A DNA stretch of 64,000 bases from an uncultured archaeon (lineage in GTDB: Archaea; Iainarchaeota; Iainarchaeia; Iainarchaeales; Iainarchaeaceae), in NCBI GenBank assembly GCA_902386385.1, contig CABMIU010000013.1:1667-65666 (forward strand), read 5' to 3'. The position numbers and the translations under genes were made by a program. A model generated the notes under the pieces. That model made no database searches. It was not told the origin of the DNA and saw nothing but the letters and a program-made list of their open reading frames with translations. This document shows positions 50,792-58,320 of this stretch, in pieces (the stretch's first letter is position 1; each line of letters starts with the position of its first letter).

Positions 50792-51151
50792 TCACGCCAC
50801 AATCCTGAAAGGCAGTTCCTTTGTTATTTTCCTGCCGTTGAACTCGAAGCCGTGCGGGTGCTCTTCAACGGTTATCTTGCCTGAGAAATAACCTGCGTCC
50901 GCGGAGTTAGACTGGTAAACCGGGAGCTTGAACTGCATTGTCCCGCCTGCCCTGAAATCCGCAACCTGCTTCTCGAACCTGTTCGTTAGGCCGACAGTCC
51001 CAAAGCTTGCCTGCGAAGGCAAATCAACAGCAACTGAAACCTTTTTCTGCACCGGGTCCTCGTTCTTGACCTCGATGTTCAGTTCCCATGGCTCCTTCGC
51101 CCTGAACTTCATCCTTATCGGGAAAATAGACGTCCTTATCGACATGCCCAT
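50792..51151 (-). CDS. Hypothetical protein (beta-sandwich-like)
   Basis: Coding-like ORF with alternating hydrophobic pattern, directly downstream of the Zn-ribbon gene. Confidence 0.6.
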   Translation of the reverse strand: MGMSIRTSIFPIRMKFRAKEPWELNIEVKNEDPVQKKVSVAVDLPSQASFGTVGLTNRFEKQVADFRAGGTMQFKLPVYQSNSADAGYFSGKITVEEHPHGFEFNGRKITKELPFRIVA

Positions 51152-51179
51152 TCGAATACACCCCTTCCCTTGCGAATAA

Positions 51180-51458
51180 TCAAAGGAACTCAACATCGCC
51201 CGTGCTCTTGCCCTTGAGGGCATTCAGTTTCGCCTTCAGCTGTGCGGCTCCACCAACCCCGGGCCCTGCAGGCCCGGCCTGCTGGCCAGGAAGCTGCGGC
51301 TGTATCCCGCTTTTCAGCGACTTCGCATACTGGTTGATTTCATCCATACTGCCCTCGCGCATCTCGCCCACGAACTTGCACTTCATGCACTGGTCCCTGC
51401 TTGTCGGCAAAGCCTTGATGTCAATGCCCCCGCACGAAGGGCAGTACTTTATCTTCAT
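51180..51458 (-). CDS. Small Zn-ribbon protein
   Basis: CPSC...CMKC; TATA-like CTTTATATTT about 25 nt upstream on the minus strand. Confidence 0.7.
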   Translation of the reverse strand: MKIKYCPSCGGIDIKALPTSRDQCMKCKFVGEMREGSMDEINQYAKSLKSGIQPQLPGQQAGPAGPGVGGAAQLKAKLNALKGKSTGDVEFL

Positions 51459-51551
51459 AAGTAAAAGGAATGCGATGCAAAAATATAAAGGTAATGGTCA
51501 AGGCCTGAAAATCGCCCGTCAGCCCTTTGGGGTTATTCGGCGGGCAAAAGC

Positions 51552-51560
51552 TAATATAAA
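51552..51560 (+). promoter_or_regulatory. Putative TATA box (with purine-rich BRE-like element) of a divergent promoter region
   Basis: GCAAAAGC TAATATAAA about 25 nt upstream of ATG 51581; mirror TATA at 51481-51490 for the minus-strand gene. Confidence 0.45.
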
Positions 51561-51580
51561 GAAAGCCACAAAAGTAATGG

Positions 51581-53353
51581 ATGCTTGAAATACTTTTCCT
51601 AATCGGCATTGTAATCCTTATCGGCTTTGCCAGCAGGTGGATTTTCGAAAAGACAAGGATACCGGAAGTGATAATTCTCCTGCTCGCCGGATTTGCCCTT
51701 GGGCCGCTCGGCATGATAAAATACTTTGCAATTTCAGATATCCCACAGTACTTCCAGGGAATCGCGCCGGTAATAGGCGCGGTTGCGATAATCTCGATTG
51801 TGTTTGAAGCCGGGCTGAGGCTAAAGGCAAGGGAACTGCAGGTCAACATCGCTTCTTCAGTATTGTCGGCATTGCTGAACATTGCAGCCTGCATCCTTGT
51901 GCTGAGCGGCATACTGCACTTTGCCCTCGGCTGGATGCCCATGGATTCCCTTGTTTTTGGCGCAATATTCGGGGGCATGTCCTCTTTCGCAGCGTATTCA
52001 ACGCTACCGCTGATCAGGACAACGAACAGCATCAGGAACAGCCTCTACCTTGAAGGCACGTTGTCGGCAATAGCGGTATGCATAGTCTCAATCGCCTTGA
52101 TGCGCTACAACGGGCTTGCTGCAGGCAAAGGCCTTGCAGAGCTTGCAGGCGGGGTCTTTTCGCTTTTTTCCATTTCATTCATACTTGGCCTCGGCCTCGG
52201 GGCAGTGCTGCTGTTCGCCCTGCTGAATTTCAAGATAGATAGGTTCGGTTTCTTCCTCGTGTTCGCGGCTTTGCTGACAATATACTCAATCGACTTTGTT
52301 TACCTCGGGGGAATAGGCGTGATATCCATAGCCCTGATTGGGTTCGTACTCGCGAATTCCGAGGAGTTCCTCCGCATCCTCAAAAAGCAGGGCTCGTTCG
52401 AGGTTGATGAATCATTCAGGGTTTTCCAGGGCGAGCTCAGCCTTTTCATAAACACTTTTTTCTTTGTATACCTTGGGCTCATATTCCGGCCCGAACAATT
52501 GAACCTGCAGAACGTGCTAACCGCAATACTGCTTGTCGCTGGAATTCTCCTCGCGAGGATTGCTGTAATCGGCATCATGGGCAGGATATCCAAGCCTCAG
52601 CGCCACGAGGATTTCCTGCGCGCGGTAATGGTGCCGCGCGACCTTCTCAGCGCGACACTAGCCACGTTCATCTTCATTTACCCGAACTCCGCGTCATTCG
52701 GGATTGAGCTCGTGTGCCTTGTGGTAGTGCTTTCGACAATCGCAAATTCGGCAGGGCTAAATTATTATGAGCGCATCTTCAGGGACACTTTCCTCTTCAA
52801 AAAGGAGATTTTGCTCATGGACGGGCGGAAAGCGGTTATAAGGAGCTTCACAAGGGACGATTTCGGGAAGCTAATGAGACTGTTCAACGAACTTGTGGAG
52901 GAAGGGGCCTACATAGCGATTGACAAGAGGGTGAGCGCCGCGGAAGAGAGGGAAATAGACAACGAGAGCATAATCAAAATGAACAAAAAGGAAATGATTG
53001 TGTGGGTTGCGGAACATGATAACAAAATAGTTGCAAGGGCTGTCGCGGAAAAAATGCCGCGCAGGGAAAGGGACAACGTGTCATTGAGCTTCTACATCGC
53101 AAAGGAGTTCAGGGGCGCTGGCTTGGGAACAATTCTCATCAGGATGATAATAAAGGAATCAATCAAGCAATTCAACCCCCACAACCTTTACCTTACGGTC
53201 TACTCAGACAACAAAAAAGCGATAAAGCTCTACGAAAGGGAAGGATTCATTAAGTGCGGGGTGCTCCCCGGCTGGATGAGGCACAACAATGCCTATCTGG
53301 ACAGGATATACATGGTCTACGACCCGAAGAAACAGGGGAAAAGGAAGAAGTAA
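51581..53353 (+). CDS. CPA1 (NhaP-like) cation:proton antiporter fused to C-terminal GNAT acetyltransferase
   Basis: TRIPEVIILL.G..LGP, FEAGL, FFFVYLG, MVPR TM domain (about 395 aa); then FRGAGLG, VYSDNKKAIKLYEREGF GNAT motifs; single frame. Confidence 0.85.
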   Translation: MLEILFLIGIVILIGFASRWIFEKTRIPEVIILLLAGFALGPLGMIKYFAISDIPQYFQGIAPVIGAVAIISIVFEAGLRLKARELQVNIASSVLSALLNIAACILVLSGILHFALGWMPMDSLVFGAIFGGMSSFAAYSTLPLIRTTNSIRNSLYLEGTLSAIAVCIVSIALMRYNGLAAGKGLAELAGGVFSLFSISFILGLGLGAVLLFALLNFKIDRFGFFLVFAALLTIYSIDFVYLGGIGVISIALIGFVLANSEEFLRILKKQGSFEVDESFRVFQGELSLFINTFFFVYLGLIFRPEQLNLQNVLTAILLVAGILLARIAVIGIMGRISKPQRHEDFLRAVMVPRDLLSATLATFIFIYPNSASFGIELVCLVVVLSTIANSAGLNYYERIFRDTFLFKKEILLMDGRKAVIRSFTRDDFGKLMRLFNELVEEGAYIAIDKRVSAAEEREIDNESIIKMNKKEMIVWVAEHDNKIVARAVAEKMPRRERDNVSLSFYIAKEFRGAGLGTILIRMIIKESIKQFNPHNLYLTVYSDNKKAIKLYEREGFIKCGVLPGWMRHNNAYLDRIYMVYDPKKQGKRKK

Positions 53354-53369
53354 CTCCATCGCCGCCGAA

Positions 53370-53466
53370 TCAGATTTTAATTCAGCGGTTATTTTGCCGA
53401 AATGCAGGAAATGCCTGTCCTTTGTGAGGACTGCAACATCCATGCAGAAGAATCCACGAGGTACAA
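53370..53466 (-). pseudogene. Internally deleted VapC/PIN toxin remnant
   Basis: TTG at 53466 gives MYLVDSSAW (PIN N-terminal motif), directly joined out of frame to DVAVLTKDRHF (PIN C-terminal TxDxHF motif); central region missing; end coordinate approximate. Confidence 0.6.
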
Positions 53467-53586
53467 TCAGAACACCCTGTCCCGCTCTTCCCTCTTGAAC
53501 GGCTTTGCGCCCTTTGCCGAGCCAAAAAGCTCTTCAAGGGCTTTCCGCTTTTCGGAGTTCAGGACGCTCACCTTACCCTCAATCAT
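53467..53586 (-). pseudogene. Truncated VapB/AbrB-type antitoxin (C-terminal 39 aa)
   Basis: MIEGKVSVLNSEKRKALEELFGSAKGAKPFKREERDRVF*; FG..KG...F.RE..DR tail typical of archaeal antitoxins; stop abuts the PIN start. Confidence 0.55.
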
Positions 53587-53603
53587 TGAATTGCCAGGCA
53601 ATA

Positions 53604-53696
53604 ATGGAAACTGCCGAGGAACTCAGAAGAGAAATGTTTGAAAATTGGGAACGCTGGAAAAAAGCTTTGATTGAAAAATACGAGGCCATGGCATGA
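53604..53696 (+). pseudogene. 30-aa ORF coupled to the HTH gene; possible C-terminal remnant of a toxin
   Basis: METAEELRREMFENWERWKKALIEKYEAMA; ATGA overlap with 53693. Confidence 0.35.
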
Positions 53697-54070
53697 AAAA
53701 AATTGTTGTAAAGATTGGCGCTGACGCAGAGGAAGACATGGAAAAGCTGTGCGACCCGAAAAACGTTGATGCCGCGCCAGACCACACCATTTACTTCAAG
53801 GACTTAAAGCAATTTTCCGCGATACTTTCAGAAAAGAAACTTGGGCTACTAAAATACCTGTCAGAGGTCACAGGGCAGACCGTCACAAGCGTTTCAATCG
53901 AGCTCCACCGGAAAAAAGAGGCAGTGAGCCGCGACCTCCACGAGCTCGAAGCGCTCGGCCTCGTCGAAATGCACAAGCGCGGAAACAAGGTTTACCCGAA
54001 AGTAGGATACGGGGCGATACAGATAAACCTCAAGGCAACAGATTCAAAGAAAATAATTAGTACCGCATAG
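53693..54070 (+). CDS. Winged-HTH protein (HVO_A0114-like putative antitoxin/regulator)
   Basis: IYFKDL....ILSEKKLGLL...TVT....L.RKKEAVSRDL..LE.LGLV....GN...P. Confidence 0.75.
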   Translation: MKKIVVKIGADAEEDMEKLCDPKNVDAAPDHTIYFKDLKQFSAILSEKKLGLLKYLSEVTGQTVTSVSIELHRKKEAVSRDLHELEALGLVEMHKRGNKVYPKVGYGAIQINLKATDSKKIISTA

Positions 54071-54099
54071 GCATAAGCAAAAAACACCTTGCAAGCGGA

Positions 54100-54108
54100 T
54101 TTATATAA
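54100..54108 (+). promoter_or_regulatory. Putative TATA box for the DUF5678-like/protease operon
   Basis: TTTATATAA about 35 nt upstream of ATG 54144; GAGGG SD-like motif before the start. Confidence 0.45.
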
Positions 54109-54143
54109 TCCATTGGGAATATAATAAATCAGAGGGTCGAAGC

Positions 54144-54350
54144 ATGGAAGCAATGATTGACAAAAACTTTGAATACTTCCTCGCAGAGGACTTCAAAGGA
54201 TACAGCGAAGGCGACTGGATTGCAATTTACGGCGAAAAGGTGATTTCGCACGGCCAGACCCTCAAAACAGTTATAGAGCAGGCGAAAAAAGTAGCGCCAA
54301 TTGCAAAAGTGCTGCTGTCGAAAGTGAAAAAGACCGCGAGCTACTTGTAA
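54144..54350 (+). CDS. DUF5678-like small protein
   Basis: Y..G.WIAI.GEKVISHG..L..V pattern; 68 aa; upstream of a retropepsin gene as typical for this family. Confidence 0.75.
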   Translation: MEAMIDKNFEYFLAEDFKGYSEGDWIAIYGEKVISHGQTLKTVIEQAKKVAPIAKVLLSKVKKTASYL

Positions 54351-54354
54351 GATT

Positions 54355-54777
54355 ATGAACCTCACATACAGATGCAAGCACATTGACCTTGGAAACGGCA
54401 GTCGGTCAAAGGAGCCTATAATACCTGTCACACTAATCGGCGAACAGGGCACAAAATTCAATTTTACGGCAATACTCGACAGCGGCTCAGACTTTGTTTT
54501 ATTGCCCCTTGAAGTTGCTGAAGCCCTCGAATTGGAACTCGACAAATCAGCAGCCGAAAAGGCAAAGTCATTCACAGGCACGCCGATAACAACAACAATG
54601 TCAAATGTAAGGACAAGGATACAAAAAGGGCACGAAGCAATAGAAATCAAGTGCAGGTGCGCCGTGCTCCTTGACAGGCAAAGCCAGCACGAACATATCA
54701 TCTTCGGCTCAAGCTTCTTTGACCACTTCAAAATAACCTTTGACTACCAGAACAACAGGTTCCAGATAAAGAATTAA
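54355..54777 (+). CDS. Retropepsin-like (clan AA) aspartyl protease
   Basis: PIIPV, AILDSGSD catalytic motif, EVAEALEL, IIFGSSFFDHFKITFD. Confidence 0.85.
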   Translation: MNLTYRCKHIDLGNGSRSKEPIIPVTLIGEQGTKFNFTAILDSGSDFVLLPLEVAEALELELDKSAAEKAKSFTGTPITTTMSNVRTRIQKGHEAIEIKCRCAVLLDRQSQHEHIIFGSSFFDHFKITFDYQNNRFQIKN

Positions 54778-54823
54778 AAGACAGGGTATAACGTTGAATA
54801 ATTTGAAAAGAGGCGATAAAAAT

Positions 54824-55108
54824 ATGGCGTCAGACTATGACAAAATGCAAAAAAAATGGGCAAGACACAACAGGTGGGCTGGTTTTATTGGAGTCCCTGG
54901 CGAAAAGATTGAAATCCACCACATAAAGCAAAGAAGTGACGGGGGCTCGGACAGAGCAAGCAATCTTGTTGAGTTACCAAGAAGCGCCCACAGATTAAAC
55001 AGCGGTCGCCTTGGACCAAGCATACACAAAAGTTATGAAACTTGGGGAGAAAAAGGAAGAACCCAGCGCAGGCTAAAGAGAGACAAGGGGTTCACACAAT
55101 ACCAGTAG
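54824..55108 (+). CDS. Small stand-alone HNH endonuclease
   Basis: EIHHIKQRSDGGSDRASNLVEL...H...H beta-beta-alpha-Me motif; no Zn-binding Cys. Confidence 0.7.
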   Translation: MASDYDKMQKKWARHNRWAGFIGVPGEKIEIHHIKQRSDGGSDRASNLVELPRSAHRLNSGRLGPSIHKSYETWGEKGRTQRRLKRDKGFTQYQ

Positions 55109-55119
55109 AAAAAATAAAG

Positions 55120-55231
55120 TAGCCCCGCACAGATTCGAACTGTGGTCCTGGGCTCGCTCTACAATTCTCAACTGATTTCACAAGAGAACTATATCAGAGG
55201 CCCATGTCCTTAGCCGCTAGACGACGGGGCT
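55120..55231 (-). tRNA. tRNA-Gln(CTG) with 39-nt canonical 37/38 intron
   Basis: Minus strand AGCCCCG TC GTCTAGCGGCTAAGGAC A TGGGC CT CTG A [intron] A GCCCA GGAC CACAG TTCGAAT CTGTG CGGGGCT A; A1-U72 typical of archaeal tRNA-Gln; CCA not encoded. Confidence 0.95.
55155..55193 (-). other. tRNA intron with bulge-helix-bulge motif
   Basis: CUCU/AGAG 4-bp helix, bulges GA^U and CG^A, intron stem AUAGUUCUC/GAGAAUUGU. Confidence 0.9.
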
Positions 55232-55298
55232 GCCCGTATCATGCACCGTCGTCTAAATTTTGCACAAGCTTTTCCTAAAAGCTTGGACGACGGGGCTG
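55218..55298. repeat. Direct and inverted copies of the tRNA 5' end plus a hairpin in the tRNA leader
   Basis: 13-bp direct repeat GACGACGGGGCTG at 55220-55232 and 55286-55298; inverted copy CCGTCGTCTA at 55246-55255; hairpin CAAGCTTTT-CCT-AAAAGCTTG at 55265-55285. Confidence 0.85.
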
Positions 55299-55397
55299 GC
55301 TTAGATTAAAAGTCTTGGGAAGCCTTAAAAATTCCTTGCTTTCGGCGAATTTGACCGCACGAAAAGCATTTATTGCCGAAGCGCTTATTATTCTCCG

Positions 55398-55616
55398 ATG
55401 GGCAGGGTTTTGGATGTCGGGCAGGCCATCAGCAAGGCGAGGGTTGAGCGCATACTCGCGGACATGCGGGCGAAGATGGTCGAGATTGATGATTTGAGGA
55501 AGGAGCTCGGCGAGTGGCAGGGCGAGGAAGCCACGCCAGAGAAGTCGCTTGCGATGCTCGAGGAGATAAAGGTGCCGAGCCTCGAATCAATCCGCGAGGA
55601 AAAGAAGAAGGCTTGA
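55398..55616 (+). CDS. Small hypothetical charged/helical protein
   Basis: 72-aa ORF with coding-like composition heading the DUF192-pilus run. Confidence 0.6.
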   Translation: MGRVLDVGQAISKARVERILADMRAKMVEIDDLRKELGEWQGEEATPEKSLAMLEEIKVPSLESIREEKKKA

Positions 55617-55646
55617 CTGAAAATTAGTTTGGATTTGCGGTTTTCT

Positions 55647-55997
55647 ATGCTTTTCAACAATACGTCTGGCAAAAAAATAATGGAAAAAACGCGAATTGCC
55701 GACGACCCATCCGCAAGGGGCCGGGGCCTCATGTTTGAGGCAAGGAAAAATTTTGATTATGCCCTTATATTTGTCCTGCCTAATGAGTCAATAGTCCGTG
55801 CAATGGTTCACATGCTTTTTGTTTTTTTCCCCATCGACATCGTCTTCCTCGATTCGAAAAGGCGTGTGGTGGACAAGGCAACATTGAAGCCCTGGATGCT
55901 GAACTACACCCCGAAGGCAGCGGCGAAGTATTTCATCGAAATGCCGGTTGGAAAAAGCAAGTTTGTAAAATTTGGGGACATTGTGAGTTGGCAGTGA
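55647..55997 (+). CDS. DUF192 family protein
   Basis: RGRGLMF, HMLFVFFPIDIVFLD, AKYFIEMP.G. Confidence 0.88.
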   Translation: MLFNNTSGKKIMEKTRIADDPSARGRGLMFEARKNFDYALIFVLPNESIVRAMVHMLFVFFPIDIVFLDSKRRVVDKATLKPWMLNYTPKAAAKYFIEMPVGKSKFVKFGDIVSWQ

Positions 55998-56060
55998 AGC
56001 TTAAAAAACCTACAACCAATAATTACGTCAATTAACGAATATATTGATTGCAGGGATTGG

Positions 56061-57533
56061 ATGCCTCATGACCAGCTAGCGCCTTTGTTCGATTCACAGG
56101 TTGTTGAGCAGTCCCTTGGCTGGAGGGTTTTCCCGGTCAGCGAAGCAGAAATCGCGACAAGGCTTTCAGAAAATGAATTCAGGGATGTTGTGAAGACCAG
56201 GGAAGGCCAGAAGATTTATTTCCTGAAGAGGATGATGCCTCTTGGCCCGGAGGAAGCGAGGCTCCTGCGTGGCGCTTTGGAGAATTACCGCGGCCGCGGA
56301 AAAAAAGGCCAGGGCGCAATCGAATCATTCAGGGAATTCGTGAAAGCCAACAACTTTTCGCTCGGAAGGCCGCAGAAGGAGGGCCTAGAAAAGGCAGTCA
56401 CCATGTTGTTTTCGCCAGAGGGACCGCTAGCGGAGCTGCTTGAGCATGAATGCCTCGAGGAAATCGCGGTAATCGGCCTCGGAAAATCGAAGCCTGTGCA
56501 CGCATTCGATGCTGCATTCGGCTGGCTGCCCACAAACCTCTACTTCGCAAGCGGGCAGGAGGTAAAGAACATCGCAAATTCGCTCGCGGGAAAATCCGGG
56601 CGAAGGGTGACTTTCAGGACGCCGGCAGTGAATTCCTTCCTTAGGGACGGCTCGAGGATGAATGCAGTAATGGAGCCAGCCGCTGTTTCGGGGCCGTGCA
56701 TCACGATAAGGAAATTCAGGAAAGAGCCATTCACTCCAGCGGAGCTCGTTGCTTGCGGCTCCGCTTCAGCGGAGCAGATGGCTTTCCTCTGGATGGCGTT
56801 GCAGGCCGACTGCTCCGCATTGGTTTGCGGCAACACGGGTTCGGGCAAGACAACCCTGCTGAACAGCCTCTTCAATTTCATCCCGAAGAATGAGCGGGTT
56901 GTAATCGTCGAGGAAACGCCTGAAATTTCAGTGCCGCACAGGCACGCGGTGAAGCTCGCGACTTCGGACGGAATAGGGATCGGGATGCAGGAACTGATAA
57001 TAAACACCCTTAGAATGAGGCCCGACAGGGTTGTAATCGGGGAAGCGCGCAGCAGGAAAGAGGTTGCCGCTTTTGTGGACACTATGCTCGCGGGCCAGGG
57101 CAAGGGTTGCTACGCGACATTCCACGCCCAGTCATCGGAGGATGCGATTGCGAGGCTGCAGGGTCTCGGGGTGATGCCGCAGGACATCGGCGCAATTGAC
57201 CTTTTGCTCGTTCAGAAAAGGTGGACGCGGTTTTCAAGCGGAATCGGAAGCGAGGAAAGGAAACTCGTGGAAATCAGCGAGGCATCCGCAAAAAAAGGCG
57301 CAAAAGGCGCGGCGGGAATGAACAGGCTTTTCGCTTATGATTTCAGGAAGAAAAAGTTCTTCACTGCTGCGAGGCCGAAAAGGGCAATGGAGAAAATATG
57401 CAGGACCTTTGGAATCGGCGAAAAAGCCATTGAAGGGGAAATTTCCAGGAGGGCGAAATTCATTTTGGATTTGCGCGGCGCGAGGCAGGAGGAGTTCTTC
57501 AATGCAATCGGGAATTACGGGAAATTGGAATGA
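56061..57533 (+). CDS. Type IV pilus/type II secretion ATPase (CpaF/VirB11/FlaI family)
   Basis: DGSR, ITIRKF, Walker A GNTGSGKT, EETPE, LRMRPDRVVIGEAR, ATFHA. Confidence 0.92.
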   Translation: MPHDQLAPLFDSQVVEQSLGWRVFPVSEAEIATRLSENEFRDVVKTREGQKIYFLKRMMPLGPEEARLLRGALENYRGRGKKGQGAIESFREFVKANNFSLGRPQKEGLEKAVTMLFSPEGPLAELLEHECLEEIAVIGLGKSKPVHAFDAAFGWLPTNLYFASGQEVKNIANSLAGKSGRRVTFRTPAVNSFLRDGSRMNAVMEPAAVSGPCITIRKFRKEPFTPAELVACGSASAEQMAFLWMALQADCSALVCGNTGSGKTTLLNSLFNFIPKNERVVIVEETPEISVPHRHAVKLATSDGIGIGMQELIINTLRMRPDRVVIGEARSRKEVAAFVDTMLAGQGKGCYATFHAQSSEDAIARLQGLGVMPQDIGAIDLLLVQKRWTRFSSGIGSEERKLVEISEASAKKGAKGAAGMNRLFAYDFRKKKFFTAARPKRAMEKICRTFGIGEKAIEGEISRRAKFILDLRGARQEEFFNAIGNYGKLE

Positions 57534-58314
57534 AAACCTCGAAAATATTGAAAGGGACCTTTCGGACCTCGGGGAAAAATGCGGGGCAAAAAAATATTAT
57601 TCCGGGGCAGCGAGGAAATCATTCGCGGTTTTTTTCGGGGCATGGCTCCTGTGGCTGCTTTTTGCGGACGGCATTATCGAGGGCGCCCTGGTCTCGATTG
57701 CTGCCGCGGCAGCGGCAATGGCCCTGCTAATCTCTCTTCCGGGGATGAAGCTGAAAGCGAGGGCGGGAAGGATTGAGAAGCACCTCCCGTTTGCGCTCAT
57801 GCAGCTGAACGCGGAGCTTGACGCAGGGGTAGATTTCGAGAGGGCCTTGCTCGGGGTTTCAGGCAGCCACGGGGAGTTTCCGGATGGAATAAAAAAGTGC
57901 ATTGAGGATTCGCGGCTGTGCAAAATGCCTTTGCAGGATTGCCTCCTGAGGTTCGCAGGGCGGAACAGGTCATTGCAGCTGAAAAGGGCCGTGAGCCAGC
58001 TAATTTCAGTTTACGAGCAGGGCCATTAGAACAACGGGGAACTGAGGGCCCTTTCGCTCAGCATGCTAGCGAGGCAGAAGGCCGAGGCAAAGGAATTCTC
58101 CGCAAAGGCCGCGACGATTTCGGTCGCCTTTGTCGCGGTTTCTGCTGTTGCTCCTGCAATGTTCCAGGCGTACATCGTGGTTGGGAGCGCTTTCATGGAA
58201 ATGCAATTCACTCCGTTGCAGGGCCTGGCAATAACCTGCGTTGCGTTTCCGGTTGCGGACATTGCAATGCTTTCCGCGATATGGGCCATTACCCCTGAAC
58301 ACCTGAAGGGATGA
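57502..58314 (+). pseudogene. TadB/FlaJ-like type II secretion system F-domain membrane protein interrupted by in-frame TAG (58027-58029)
   Basis: IEKHLPFALMQL..EL.AG..FE.AL...EQGH*NNGELRALSLSMLARQKAEAKEFSAK + TMs; ORFs 57337-58029 and 58063-58314 share one frame. Confidence 0.75.
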
Positions 58315-58320
58315 GGGTAT

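Noticed and set aside
55155-55196. Alternative splice register giving anticodon CTC (Glu)
   Set aside because: The strict BHB places the cuts at 37/38, and A1-U72 is a Gln identity element
53360-55300. Intact integrative element or provirus at tRNA-Gln
   Set aside because: No integrase and no duplicated tRNA 3' end seen on the far side of the island
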